A stretch of 64,000 nucleotides of DNA from Octopus vulgaris (lineage: Eukaryota): contig OX597814.1 in assembly GCA_951406725.2 (NCBI GenBank), positions 58,218,001-58,282,000 on the forward strand, in the 5' to 3' direction. Numbering within the stretch: the stretch's first letter is position 1; each line of letters begins with the position of its first letter. The notes under the pieces are model-generated. The model worked only from the letters and a program-made list of their open reading frames with translations, was not told the origin of the DNA and did no database searches. The position numbers and the translations under genes are program-made. Shown piece by piece: positions 39,790 to 54,194 of the stretch.

Positions 39790-41340
39790 GTTTTTCAAAC
39801 TTTTCAAACTCACGTGTTCCATGTAATGCATCAAGAGAAAGTTCTCTTCTTTTTGTAATGCTTTTAATTATTCAAGTTTAGTTACAGATTTAGAAAGCTT
39901 ATAAAGTATTCTTCTGCTTTCCGTACATATTTTCATCTTTTATTTTGTAAAAGTGTAACATTGAAAATTTTCCATTTGCACAAATGTCTAGATGTTTACT
40001 ACAGGGAGTATTTCTAAGAGATGAATCTTTAATTTGTTGTTTATGCACATTTACAAGATTGATTACTTGTATCCCTGCCTCTCCGATTTAATTTTTATTG
40101 CATTATGGGCTTGTGATGTTGTAGAAGAGACTTCTTTGTTTTGCAATTCATGTTTGCATTCACTTTCACTTGCTTCTCATCCTTGAATCTTTTGCAAGCT
40201 TGCCCAATTATTTCACGTGTTTCACAACGAGCGTCTTCACAGTTTGTAATTTGTATTATTTCTTTCTCCAATGAGAATTTCGCCTTTGTTATATGTCTCT
40301 TGATATTCGTTGTCTGTTCTAGGTTGTTGATGATTTATTGCTTTAATTCTTTGTCGAATCGAGATTTAATGATTCATGCAAAATGATGAGGTATCATTTG
40401 GCTGAATGTATGTTGTGGTTCTCAGGATTGTGGTTGACTACAAATGGAATATGTATATTTGTTTTTTCGTATTCACTCTTAGGATGAGTGTTTCTCTAGA
40501 AGATATAGATCAGGATTTATTTTGCTTTTATTATGGTGTAATTTATTAACTTCTGGAAATATTTCTGGTTTTGAAAGAACATATTTAATTCTATCAAGAG
40601 TTTCTCCTGTCTATTAGTTCTACTAATATTTGTAACCATTGAACATATAGGCCACGCTCCTCTCTTGTCTGGGTAAAGTAACAAGATCTTAAATCTAAAT
40701 ACTGGTGTGAGCATGTGTCATTCTTGTAGTGAGTGGCTTTAATTGTATGATTTTCTTTAATTATTAGAATATCCAGAAAATGGAGTGCCTATTCATTTAT
40801 ATCCATAGTGAATTGGATCGAGTCATTAATGTTTATTAATTTCCAGAAACTTGTAAGGTTCTCTTTACTTTTGTTCCGAAATATGAAGCAGTCATCCAAA
40901 GAATCTTTTGATCATCTTTCCAAATATGTTTGAAAATGATGACCAAATGTATTTCTGGAAAGTGTATAAATTTTTGCTTTCTGATATCCCATTATTAGTG
41001 TCGAAAAAGTTAATGCGACTTTCATCACCATTCTCATACTTGTAGATAACATTGGATATCAAAGTAGTTGTTTTCCAGTATTGTCTATCCAAGTAGATAC
41101 CGAGGAAAACAACAGTGCATATTGAAGCTTGGAATGAGTATAAAACACTCTTTTCAGCTTTCATTAGGAATTTACCTACGTTCATTTTATATTTGTCTTC
41201 TAATTCAATAATGTAAGCCTATTCTTTTTAGCACCTGATTTATGCAGCACTGCAACATATGAATTTGCGTCTTAGAAAAGTACAAAGAAGCAAATGCTGA
41301 TGGATTTGGAATGAAATAAAGGAACAAATAGACATTTTGA
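39790..41340 (-). mobile_element. Highly decayed LINE 3' half, possibly L1/Tx1 type
   Basis: FLGIYLD (RT end), LLLYPDKRGAW, and SICSQPQS*EPQHTFSQ as a zinc-knuckle remnant; A-rich coding strand. Confidence 0.45.
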
Positions 41341-41629
41341 ACCTCATTCCCTGTTACCGAAGACCTTGCAGCTAAGTAATAGGATAATGATACATTTGGG
41401 CAGAAAATATTGTAATATGAGAATTTTTCATACGGCGATATAAATACACACATAAAGTGTTATTGCACGCATTGACTATATATAAACATGTGTGCTATTA
41501 TCGATATGCTATTGTTCAATATATATATATATAATACATATAACTACATACATACATATATATAATACATATAACTGCATACATATTTATACATACATAT
41601 ACATATGTGTGTATGTATGTATATTATCA

Positions 41630-41660
<31 letters not shown>

Positions 41661-42845
41661 CAGACAGAGGGAGATAATGTGTGAGTGAGATATTGCGAGT
41701 TGTAGAAATAGTAGGCATATATATTGGTTTGATACCGCTATCACCCCTTGGGGACATTGTGTGGATTTCTTTAGAAATATGACAATTATGTGGTGCAACA
41801 AAGAAGTGTTAATGGGTTGACACAATAGCACAATAATAATTGTCTCATGTAGAAGCCAACAAACAGTTATGGACGGATTGATATTCTCTTTGTGTTTGTT
41901 GTTCAATTGTGCGGCAACAGAGAAAGCATTATTTACGCTTCTCATGTATTCTTCACATGATGAATATTATTCTTAAATATTGATTTTGATCATTTTGTGT
42001 AATGGTCATATTCTAATACGACGAACAGTGTATTATGAATAAATTGTTTCAGCACGAAGTTGATTACTGGTATTTTATTCCATCAATCACAGCCAAACAT
42101 GCATAGACTGAGTATATTGTTAGAAAATCCAGCAGCTGATTAATTGAAGAATCGGTAGAATGCTCCTAAATAAACTATTTCACTGTAGTTCGTTATCCTA
42201 TGTAATTTATAATCAAATTAGTATTTAATTGCTTCGAAGAGGTAAAAGAAAACAAGTTATATCAAGGGAGAGATAGAGAGGGGGAGGGATGAGAGAGAGG
42301 GGGAGAGTATTTGTAACGACGTACAATTATACCACTTTCTCAAAATTATGGTGTGTACGTAAGATAAAAATCGATATTTTTAAACAATTCCACATCGTAT
42401 TTAATATGGGATAGGATTAGGAACTAAGCACACACAAGAGCCATAAACGCATACAATGGAATGGATTCCCATTGGCTGTATAATGGGTATTAATCTTAAA
42501 ACAAGGTACATGAAAGAAAGGTCAGTTTTAAATGTATGGCATTCTTAAGAGCATTAGGATTTTCTCTAACATTCTCTTACTTATGTGAATTTATGTAAAC
42601 CACTAAACATTATCAATATTAGCGTAGGGAAGAGCATTATATACATGGTTGAAATTTACAGAAAAAACAAGAGACGAAAGAACGTATATGAACAACAAAC
42701 AGGTGTAATAAGTTTGACGCTCAGGAAAAGGAGAAAGTCTTTATATATATACTGCTAATATAGGATGAAGGTTTTAACGAAGAAATTTCACGAAGAAAGT
42801 GGCAACATATTAAAATACCTTTAAAGGTTAAAATTATACACAACT

Positions 42846-42913
42846 TATAAACAAGAGCAAAATAAAATTCCTTCTATGCCATATTGGCATAGAAATAATT
42901 TTCGTTTGCCCTT

Positions 42914-42920
<7 letters not shown>
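42846..42920. repeat. Imperfect hairpin
   Basis: tataaacaagagcaaa...ttctatgcca / tggcatagaa...tttgcccttgtttata. Confidence 0.8.
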
Positions 42921-42944
<24 letters not shown>

Positions 42945-42950
<6 letters not shown>

Positions 42951-43738
42951 AAAAATGGTAAATAATTTTTCAGTGGTTTTTCATACAACCAACAATTATT
43001 TACCGGTAAATTTCGGTATGTAAATATGACAATTTCAGCGTCAGGAACTTCTGTAAAGTTCAGTATATAGTAAAAATAATTAAAAGGACGGGCAACAGGC
43101 TGCTTCGCCGCATACCGAAGGAACTAGAAATAGCGGTCAAAGACTGTTTTTTCCATTTTCTTCAAGTGGAGGTTCCATATACGACAAACCCTGCGATTCA
43201 CATACGCAAAATCGGAGTAGCAAATAAACGAAAACAATCTCTTATCGTCAATGGTAAACATGTTTCTAGATCACAGGCTAGAAATTGCCTGATTTCCTTC
43301 GTCAACACCATACTCGATAGATTTACCAAATGCCACAAGCCTTCACCTCTGACCAAGCGCCATCAGATAGCGGGGGGAGGTGTGCAGATGTTAAAACTAA
43401 GTAATGACTGGGACCGTAAATTTTCCGTCCAAAATTCTGCTATGCGCGCCGCCTGGGTGATCGCAATGGAATAAGAAATCCACATGGTAATACAATAAAA
43501 ATGGTAAATAATTTTTCAGTGGTTTTTCATACAACCAACAATTATTTACCGGTAAATTTCGGCATGTAAATATGACAATTTCAGCGTCAGGAACTTCTGT
43601 AAAGTTCAATATGTAGTAAAAATAATTAAAAGGGCGGGCAACAGGCTGCTTCGCCGCATACCGGAGGAATTAGAAATGGCAGTCAAAGACTGAAAATTTA
43701 CGGTCCCAGTCATTGCTTAGTTTTAACATCTGCACACC
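42945..43738 (-). mobile_element. Non-coding element with 202-bp direct terminal repeats (546-bp period) and a 47-bp terminal inversion; PLE-like architecture
   Basis: 42945-43146 matches 43491-43692; 43692-43738 is the reverse complement of 43379-43425; abuts (TA)n. Confidence 0.75.
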
Positions 43739-43739
43739 A

Positions 43740-44575
43740 TATAAAACGATGAACAAAAGGTATAGAGATACGAGTAAAGCCGTAAAATGCGACAACCGGT
43801 GCAGTCTTTGTGGAGTCCATACAGAAGCTATTACCCACATCTTAAGCAGTTGTCCGAAAATGTCAACACGTTATCATCTACCGATGAAACATTACGTTGT
43901 AGCTAGGACACTCTATAATATGATCCGTCGGAAGGTTAATCCCGAGGACTAATATAATCCCAGAATATGGTAGAATGAAAAGGAAAACTGATGGAATGTA
44001 CCAATGAAGACTTCAATAAAATGTAAGCAAAACAGATCTGATATAAGGATTTTGGTTAGAGAACAGAAACTGTGCACAGTTGTGGAAATTACCTGCCCAG
44101 CGGTTGTTTGCATAAAGCTGAAGCTCAGTGAAAAAAGATAACACCTATGCTGAAATATTGAGATATCTGCAGTTACTCTATCCAGATTACAAGTTCATGG
44201 AGCCCTGGGATATTTAACATACTGCATACATATCAATCTTGAGAAAATATTCTTCTCAAACCCAGAAAGGAGGAAGCTAATTCGCAGACTACAGATCCAA
44301 TCCATCACTGGAACATAAAAAATCTGCAAAACTTTCGAAAACTTTATGATTTAAATATATATGAGCATGTCTGGATATGTAACTATATGCATGAGCATAC
44401 ATAAGACATAAAAATCTGCACACATATACATACATACATACATACATGCAAACAAACAAAAATACACTGATGTTGATGTTGAAATTCCAAGGAACCTTGG
44501 ATCTAGATTAGAAACCAGTTCTTTCACTATTGGCAAGAAATCTTGAAATAAACTGAATAATGACATACATACACA
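43740..44575 (+). mobile_element. 3' fragment of an RLE-type retrotransposon (third family) ending in (CATA)n
   Basis: CSLCGVHTEAITHILSSC CCHC knuckle, MKHYVVA (RH motif), downstream VVEITCP; 3' UTR ends aataaactgaataatga-catacatac. Confidence 0.8.
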
Positions 44576-44585
44576 CACACACACC

Positions 44586-44640
<55 letters not shown>

Positions 44641-45847
44641 CATTTATATATTTGTTTTGCAAATTCCTTGATGTAAATTCATGTGTACAGTCAGATATTC
44701 TTATATTTCTGGCTGGTCATTTTGTCAATAAATACACGCAATATTCATTTATTAGATAAAGAAATAGATATTTATTTGATTATGACTTTAGCTTTATTAT
44801 CATTAGTTATTGTTTAATTATCAGAAAGACACGATGGAATAGATAAGACACGATCAGAGAGAAGAGGGGACAGGAAGAACAGGCTGATATCGAAGAGGTC
44901 AAAAATGTTTACGAAAGAAGTTTGACAAATAAGCAATAACTGATAATGAATCTAAAGTGAAGATGAAATAAATAGTGCGTATGTTTATTAGGCCAAATGA
45001 CCATTCTCCAAATGTAACAATAAAACTATATGTCATGAGTTGATTTGGGCAAGTTATCCAAGTGGGTACTGTACGAGCACTCTGTTATAATCCAGGTTCA
45101 AATTAACCTCATCGAGTTGGAAGGAGCACCTACAATTACATAGGGTAAATAGTCCAACTGTAATTCATCCGATGGGTAAATCGGCTGGTTATAAATGTTT
45201 TACTAAATGTATATTCAAGACAATTACAATGAATACGGTAATTCGTACATCATTTTTTTTTTTAAGAATATGCAGATGTACCTAATCTCTGTATTCATTG
45301 GCATCGCCGAGGTTTGAATACGCAAAGTAAATTGATATTAGAAAGACTTAATGACATTTTCTAAGAGTCTCTACACAATTAATCATAACTACACACAAAC
45401 ACATGCACACGCAGATGCACATATTTATGCGACGAAACTAACAAGAACGTCTATAGTAAATATAAAAATAGAACAGAACTGTAATATTTTGAAAAATCAT
45501 GAATACACAGTCACGGTATCATATTTTATCCACCAACTTGAGTGACAAATCCCTCAGTAATTGTAAGTGCGTATTTGCTGTATTTCTCTTATCGCAATTT
45601 ACCAAGTACGATAATAACAATCTTAAAATTCTGATTTTTAAATAAACTATGGTGCATTTTTCTGGTGTGAAGTATATAAAGTTTTCAGATGCAGTACTTT
45701 CTGCAGCAGTGTTCCTAGGTCTTTTTCATTTGCAGCAAACAATTTCAGGTCATTTATTTTCACAATATGTTTATCTGCCTTAACATCACATCAGTGCGTC
45801 AGCCATGTGTCTTTATTATTATTATTATTATCATCATCATCATCATT

Positions 45848-45885
<38 letters not shown>

Positions 45886-46344
45886 TATTATTATTATTAT
45901 TATTATTATTGTTGTTGTTATAAACATCATTTAACCACTGAGATCGATGAAATTGACTTACCGCATCCCTGGAAATTTCTGCCCTTGTGCCAAAATTTGA
46001 AACTATAATTAGTATTGTTGTCGTCATCATCATCGTCATTCTATTTACTCAGCTGTTATGCGAATTATTCACACGCCCATTCACTGCACTTCTGTGTTCC
46101 TGATGCATGCGCACATATATCTACAACATGTCTTGAAATTGTGCGCTATGTTGGGGTATTTAAAGTAGCATTTACTTTATAAGAAAATTATATAATACTT
46201 TGATGTAGATAAATAATATAATGTTATATCTATTCCTGAATTTAAAACGGTTTGAATAGAAAATATACTTTGCCTAATGATATCTATAAATTTTGCTTGA
46301 GAATATTATCCTTGGTTTAATTTTTTAAATATTTTCTGGATTTT

Positions 46345-46720
46345 AGGTGTGGATGTGTGGTAAGAAGTTTGCTTCCCAACTACATGATTCCGGGTTCAGC
46401 TCTGTTGCATGTCACTTTCTGCGAGTGACATCTTCTATATCTTAGGGCGGACTAAAGCCTTATGAGTGGATTTGGTTGACCGAAACTAAAAGGCGTGTGT
46501 GTATGTATGCTTGTGTGTCTGTGGTTGTCCCACCCGCTGCTCGAAAACTGGTTTTGTTGTGTTCACGTCCTCGTAACTTAACGGTTCAGTGACCAATAGG
46601 TTATGTACCAGGCGTAAAAATGTACAGGAGTAAATTCATTCAGCTGAAAACGCTTCAAGGTGATGCCTCAGCATGGCCTCAGTCTAATGACTAAAACAAG
46701 AAGTAAATAAAAGATAAAAT
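46345..46720 (+). mobile_element. CORE-type SINE, full length
   Basis: gtggtaagaagtttgcttcccaac...ccgggttcag head; tail ggtgatgcctcagcatggcctcagtctaatgactaaaac. Confidence 0.8.
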
Positions 46721-47455
46721 GTGCTACAGCTCTTGTTGGTAGCATTGTTAATCTCGAATCCTACATAATAACATCAGTTGCTCTTCCATTTTAATTAAAA
46801 TCTCGTATAATCCATGACTTTCAACCATGTTCGTTAAAATAATATAATTATTAGTATGAGTATCGTGTGTCCGAGAATGGCTTCAGTCTTGTTTGCAACC
46901 AGGCAGAAAACAAAATTATCAAATATAAGAATTGGTGTATCCTTTAAAATTCATTTTCGGCTTTGGTGTGGTAGTATCTGTTTATTATAAAATGTATTTA
47001 CTTACTTTTTTTGCAAGGACGAGGTCGCCGGAAAAATTGTGATTGATTTATGTCGTTATATTGATTGTGTATATAAAACTGATACTAGCTTTTTATTTTT
47101 ATATTTTATTTGTGGCATAGAAATTTGTCGTGTGCAACTAATATCAGATCTGTACTTATTTCAGAGTTTAATTAGCATTGTTGGCTTCTATATTGGCTCA
47201 CTTCCTTTCTGATCAGTGATGCAGGAGGGGCTTGGAGGAACTTTCCTCTGTATTTTATGCTTTTGTTATTGTTTCACTTTAATTTTATCTATTGATTTTC
47301 TGTAACACTTCCATCCTTTAGTTCTCTACTAAACATTTTTCTGCAGTGTAATTAGATTTTACGTTTTATGTTGTACTGTGTTACAGGTAAATATTATTCT
47401 TTTAGTGTTAGTGTTGCATCATTATTAATATTAATATTCGTTGTAAGATTTAGAT

Positions 47456-47870
47456 GGCGGTTGACAGAGTTGTTATCACGCCGGACAAAATACATAGCGA
47501 CATTTCGTTTGCCTTCCCGTTTTGAGTTCAACTTCCAAGGTGGTCGTATTTGCCTTTTATCCTTTCGGGTTCCCTAAAATAAGTATTGGTTTGAGCAATG
47601 GAGTCGATTTAATCGACTAACCCAGTTCCGCTAAATTGCTGGTATTGTGCCAAACTTTGAAATTAATATTAGTTATTGCATTAAGGCGGGGAGTTGGCAT
47701 AATCGTTAGCAAGCAGGACAAAATACATAGCGGTGTTTCTTCCGCCTTTAAGTTTTGAGTTCTAATTCTTCCGATGTTAGCATTGCCTTTCGGGGTCGTG
47801 AAAATTAGTAGATGTAATCGACGTACCTACTCCTCTGAAGTTGTTGACCTTGCCCAAAATTTGAAGCCAA
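47456..47870 (+). mobile_element. Two tandem diverged tRNA/Nin-type SINEs
   Basis: Heads at about 47456 and 47684; gagttcaa/gagttcta and cctttcggg motifs. Confidence 0.7.
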
Positions 47871-48757
47871 TATAAATTATACCATTTAAGCATTTTCATG
47901 CTTGATTCTACGGCATTGTTATGTCATTTTTCTTGCGTTGGAGTATGATGATTTTGTAGGAGCTGTAGTTGATTTTCATTGTACAAATTGCTTCCATATG
48001 ATTTGAGTCATCCTTTTTTTGTTTGCTTCCTTATTACTTCAAATAGTTTCGTGCAATTATTTTAAATCTTACTTTATTTCATGGTAGTTTATTATTTGTA
48101 TGAATCAACGTCGTCTAACTATGAATATTCTATCTGTATTTACATTTCAAATGACGTTTCACCACTTCGTTGATATTTTTATCGGATGCTTTCCATTTTC
48201 GTACATGTGATATTCTTCCTAGTATTGAACTCATTCTATATGAATCCATTTCTTCTGTAAAATGTTTTTCTAAAATACTTCGCCATTTCTGTGCTGATTC
48301 GTAACATTTTATCTATTAGTAATTAATTGTATAGATATTTCTAGTCCAATTCTTTGATTTCGTTATCTGTATTAAATTTAATATACGCAATTTTCGCTAA
48401 TTTACATATACTAATGTTAGCATTTTGCATAATTCAGCACATCTTTTGAAATTGCCATTTGAAATTACATTAATTTGGATATGTCTAAATTTACTTTGGA
48501 CACTTCTTCATTTTTTTTATTTAGCTGTTGGGTTTATTTGCTTCTATGACGTTATCCAAATGTTCGTTTTCTGTGTCGAGAATGTTGTATTAATTAATTA
48601 CCTTAGCTGCTGTTTCTGCTTTTTCGGTGTTGTGTGGTTGGTGATATGAGTTTTCGTGTCCGATTTTAGTATAGAATATGTATCGTAGTTTTTGTATAGT
48701 AAATAGACTGCAGTTCTATACAGTGGGAGTTGTGCTTGTAATACTGGATTACAATGT

Positions 48758-49195
48758 TGGCACAAGGCCAGCAAGTTCCGTGGAGAGGTAAGTTGATTAC
48801 ATCGACCCCAGTGTCTTACTGGTACTTATTTTATCGATTCCTAACTGACGACAGGCAAAGTCGACTTCGGTGGCATTTGAACTCGGAACATATAGACGAA
48901 TGAAATGCCGCAAAGAATTTTACCCAACACAATAACAATTCTACCAACTCACCACTTTTGTTGGGATAGTAATATTGAGAACATGTTAAGGCCGTGGGCT
49001 GGCAGAAACGTTAGCACGCAGGGCGAAATAATTAGCGGTATTTTGCCTGTCTTTACGTAATGAATTCAAATTCCGCCGAGGTCGACTTTGCCTTTCGGAG
49101 TCGATAAATTAAGTACCAGCTGTGTACGGAGTCGATCTAATCGATAGGCCCCCTCCCCATAAATTTTGGGCTTTGTGCCTAGACTAGAAATGAAT
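48758..49195. mobile_element. Head-to-head pair of tRNA/Nin-type SINEs
   Basis: 48758-48955 on the minus strand and 48990-49195 on the plus strand. Confidence 0.8.
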
Positions 49196-51079
49196 ATTGA
49201 GAACATGTGATTTGATTGACTGTTATGTTATTTTATTAAGTGTTGATAGTATAGACTATAAGAGTTATAAGTATTCTCTATGAAACGCTGCCATTTATTT
49301 CATGTTAGTTTAACCTCATCGACTTATCTATCTTCCAGTTTATTAAGATAAATTTGTCGTTTAAAGCTCGAAAGCGTATCGTACTCATACCTCTTACCTT
49401 ATTTCTAGCACCGAGTTGAGTTTTTAAAATTACTCTGACTCCTCTATAGTATTCATTATTTTCTCCCTCATATCCGTTTGTTATATATGAGTTTGATTTG
49501 TTTAGTCATTCTTTCCGGCTCTCCTTGTTCACTTGTGGATTGGGCAGGTGTTTACGTTGATTCGTTTTCATTGATTTTCTAATGTTCTTTTCTATTTTAT
49601 TTATTGTTCATGTTAGATTCTCATCACCGTTAACAGTTGTTGCTCTATTTTGATGTGTATTTATAAACTCATTGTTGTCAGGAGTGGGTTTGCGAAGACA
49701 GTTTTGCTGAGGCAGTATATTTTGTTGCGTGTTTGAATGAGATTATTTTTTTTACCTTCATCAACTCTTTTGTTATTTGCTCTTTTTTCTGTCTGTTTGT
49801 GATTCGATTCAGTGCCTTGTGTTTTAATATTTTCACTTTTTAAGGTCGTGGTCATTGTGCGGCTGTCTCTTGGGTATATATTTCTTTCGCTTGCGGAATA
49901 TTATGTTTTCTATGAAGCGGATTATATTGCCAACCTTTCACTGAGTTATTGTGAGCGATTCTATTTATATGTGCTTCTATATCTTTTAGTTTTAAAACAC
50001 ATTCAACAGAATCTTTAGATCAATGGACGAAAATTACTACACATTTTTTTCGGTATTTTATGTTCTGAATTCAATTATTGCTGATGTCAACTTTGCCCTT
50101 CATAATGTCCAGTTCAATAAAGTGTGAGTCGAGTGCAGGGGTCGATGTTGTTAGTTAAAGGCCCTTTTCAATACTAGACTTGTACTTAAATGAGAAATAA
50201 ATGAAATCCACAAGTAAGGAAGCATGCATTTGCCTACTTTTAAACAATCCAGTTCATTGACAGGTTTCTCAACATTTTCCGATATTTCTATAAAATAACC
50301 TTATCTATAAGCAAATAATCCTTTGTTCCTCGTGATCCTTTCTATCTTTTATATGTTTCTTCTTTCCGTCTTTAGACTGTGACCATGTTGGTGCACCGCC
50401 TTGAAGAATTTCACTAGAATGATTCAATCTCAGAATGTTTTTTAAGCCTAGGGCGTATTTAAATCCCTCTCCTTTTCAGAACCGCTATATTACGGTGACA
50501 GAAACACGCCAAAATCAGTTACTAAGCGGTGCCGGTGTACAAACACACACACATGCACGCGTGCGCGCACCCCCACTCACCACGCAGTATCCATTTACAA
50601 CGTAGTCAGTCGCTTGAAACAAATCTCTGAGCTTGTTCACGAGGACTGCCTCCCAATTAACCATCTCACTCTCTCCAGTATCAAGTCATTCATGAGTGAG
50701 GGTAAATTTCTCAGGTACCCCTGTGTCACCGAATTCTATTTGTTCAAAGTATATAACTTTCTCATTGTGTTTGAGAAAGGAAAAGAAAACAAGGAAGAAA
50801 GCACTTAGTCAAACAGGTTGGGTAAATGCGATGAAATTTACCTGTCTTTTTATTAATTTCTCTGGAGCGTGTCATTAGAAATTCCAAAATATATTTGTCC
50901 TCATGCATATTGTTTATTTACCTTCGTGACGAGATACGTTAATGTTCGTAAGTTATTATCATTGCTATTATTATGTGAGTTCAAATTTCGCCGAATTCGA
51001 CTTTGCTTTTCATCCTTCAGAGATCGATTAAATAAGTACCAGCTGAACACTCTCACTCAATAATAATAATAATAATAAC

Positions 51080-51129
<50 letters not shown>

Positions 51130-51139
51130 TAATAATAAT

Positions 51140-52525
51140 AAGGAAGCCAAGGAATTGAAATGCCAAATAGGCAAACGATGAAAACAGTTAAGAATGGACA
51201 GTGGTATAAATATTTGAGAGTATTGTGGCGAGATGTAATAAACAAGAAGCAATGAAAAATATAACCATTTGGGAGTATACAAGGAGAATGAGAAATCTAT
51301 TACGGTCAAAGACGAATTCAACAAAGTTATTGAAACAATAAATGCAAGGGTAAACAGATATGAAAATAGTAGCGGAATTGTAGACAGGAGAAAAAGCGAC
51401 ATACAGAAAGTTGACAGAAAAACTAGAAAGATGTTCATAACATATTGAACCCATCATCCGAAAGCTGATAGTAAACGGCTGTATTAGGAAAGAGATCAGG
51501 CTGGAAGAATCTTAACGGGTGTGGATGAGCGTGTACAGAAGGAAAGGAAAAAACCTACTAGAATATCTACAGAACAGCACTACTAAAGGCAGTGAATAAA
51601 GAACAGGTGATCAAGTGTGAAATAGGTGAAAAGGACAAACATGAGACTCAAAGAGAGCATATTAAAGAGATTGAAGAGAAACCTCTTTTCTTGGTTAGTT
51701 TTGGAAAGGATTTTTGGATGTATGTGGAACAAATACCTGGGCCGGTTTGAAAATGAAATGAAGAAACACAGAAGTTTATTATAGCAGCTGAAGATCAAGC
51801 GTTAAAAATAAGTAACTTAAGAGAATATGTGTCTGTGGAGAAGGAATAAACAAAATGAACAATGAGTGGAATTTGAGATGAAACAATTGCTGACATTGTT
51901 GCAGAATATTCCAAGTTGGCTCGGAAAGAATATTAGAAATGGAAGCATGAGCAAATTGTAATAGTTTTGCACTGGAAGCTTTGTCAGAAATAGGGATTTG
52001 AATCTGGAAGTTCTTGTTATAATCATAGAATTGAACTAAAGCTTGAGTCAGAGAAATGGGGATTTTATGCAAGTTTTCTATTCAAACGAGTATGAAGGTA
52101 GAAAATAATAAACCAGATACAATAATATATATTGAAAAACGAAAATACTTACTAATTGATCTTTCATGTCCCTTTAATTCCAAGTTGGTAAAGAAAGGTG
52201 GATAAAAACTAAGAGAAATACAATATCTTTAAATACAAATTTGAAATTACGAGTATTTGGAATATATATTTGTGTCAGTAATGACAGGTGCTTAGGGAAC
52301 TCTCAATAAGGATACAGACAAATGGTTGGATATTAGAATGGAATGTCATGAAGAGCTTCTACAGGAAGTTTGCTTCTTAGGGATAGGGAAGATTATCAGA
52401 AGGGCTTTGTGCACTTGAAGATTATTGAAAGCTTGTGGATGTCGATGGTTACATGTAGTAACTTGCTACCTGCATAAATTCTCCTTCAAATAAGAATAAA
52501 CCTTAGTCAAATCGAACAATAATAA
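51140..52525 (+). mobile_element. Decayed 5'-truncated R4/Dong-type element (RT C-terminus to 3' end)
   Basis: YNHLGV, HPKADSKRLY, IIAAEDQAL, HWKLC, VMTGA*GTL; preceded by (TAA)n and followed by aataataa. Confidence 0.75.
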
Positions 52526-52543
52526 AAATATTAATAACGCCCA

Positions 52544-52950
52544 GCCCTGATGGAATAGTAGGCTGTGGCTTTCATGGCGTCTGATCTTAACCAAATGTAA
52601 GCGTTAAGATGTACATATTTTGTTATGGTGTCAAAATGGGCAACAAAAAATATTCCGCTCAATATCACAGATACGTATCTCACGTGATTGACCTCAACCT
52701 GTTGAGCATGTCTCTTAGTGGCTGACAATATATGCATCACTGATCACTAGCAAGGATAATGGGGGAACATCATAACCAGATTTTGAGAATTTTGGGAGGA
52801 TTGAACAATTAACCCTTGGAAACATAGGTGTCTCATCCATCATTCTTAAACAAGCCTTATTCAAGGACCTTTTGAGTGAGATGTGCTATTCGACATGAAG
52901 GAAATTCTGAGTCATGTGCTGTTTACCTTGATATGAGGTCATCATGTCAT
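52544..52950 (+). mobile_element. Copy of the ~530-bp TAA-tailed element (3'-incomplete)
   Basis: Reverse complement of 17800-18233; starts gccctgatg. Confidence 0.75.
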
Positions 52951-52959
52951 GCGTCTGCA

Positions 52960-53470
52960 ATAGAGTGGATGAAATCATTGCCCATAGCATGAACAAATGC
53001 CCGAGACTTGCTCAAAACCATAAGTTGTGGCGACACGATCCGGTAGCGATAGTGTTACATTGGAAACTGTGCGAAAAGTGTTAGCTAGAGAGAGGCAAGA
53101 CGTGGTATGAGCACAAACCACAGAGAGTGGCGGTGTCGGAGACTAGCAACAATTTCTGGGATTTCCCAAACCAAATAGATTAGGGGCTAGAGAATACCAG
53201 ACCGGGCCTAGTGATGGTGGATATGGTGCCCCATATATGCTATATAGTTAATGATGTATGCCCCTTTCACCTACGAATATTCAAGAAGGAATGCGAAACG
53301 ATAGATAAATACAACCCTCTCAAGTTCGAAATAGCTCGGCTATGGAAAATGGAGTGAAGATTGAGTCAATTATTGTCGGGTCTTTGGGAGCAGTAACAGA
53401 AGGCATCATGAGGAATATGGAGAAAATTGGAATTGAATACCCAGTAGAACTGTTACAAAATTTGATGCAA
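52960..53470 (+). mobile_element. RLE-domain fragment, same family as 12830-13392
   Basis: tgcccgagacttgctcaaaaccataagttgtggcgacacgat; WYEHKP, WDFP, IIVGSLG. Confidence 0.8.
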
Positions 53471-54001
53471 CACCCGGCTCTCGCACGCATCGCTTCTGAT
53501 TAGAAGTGTTATCATGTACATGTTTTGTTTTGGTATATAAGATGGCTAGAGCAAATATTCTGCTGAATACTACAGATTCGCTAGTCCTTTGTTTGACCAT
53601 AACCAGTTGTGATGCTCCTTAGGAGCTGACAATATGTGTATGTCTCATCCCGAGCAGGAGTATTTGGGGAGCATCGTAGCCATGTTTTAAGAGGAATTCG
53701 TTAGGGTTTGAATAATTGACCACTGGAAACATAGATGTGTCATAGAACATCTTTATACAACTCTAATTCAGCGACCTTTTGAGTAGGATGAGATACTCGA
53801 CCTGAAGAAAATTCTAAGTGGGTACCCACCTGCAAGGACATGCGCTAGTTATCTTGGTATAAGAGCATCATGTTCTGCATATATGGTTGTGATACATGTG
53901 CTTATTGTACCCCTATAAGACGGATAATAATGATGGGTATATTGGGCTTCGGGTATTTGTACTCCAGTGTTACTCTAATGGCATGTGCCGCTTTCTTACT
54001 C
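53470..54001 (+). mobile_element. Copy of the ~530-bp TAA-tailed element
   Basis: Collinear with the reverse complement of 17700-18190; followed by (TAA)(TGA)(GAA)n. Confidence 0.8.
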
Positions 54002-54062
54002 AATAATAATACTAATGATAATGACAATGATAATGATAATAATAAAAATGAATGATGATGAC

Positions 54063-54099
<37 letters not shown>

Positions 54100-54194
54100 A
54101 TGATGACGACAACGACAACGACAACGAAAACAAGAAGAAGAAGAAGAAGAAGAAGAAGAAGAAGAAGAAGAAGAAGAAGAAGAAGAAGAAGAAG

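Noticed and set aside
42945-43692. LTR retrotransposon or TRIM
   Set aside because: No TG...CA ends, primer-binding site, polypurine tract or target duplication seen; the terminal inversion fits PLE-type structure better.
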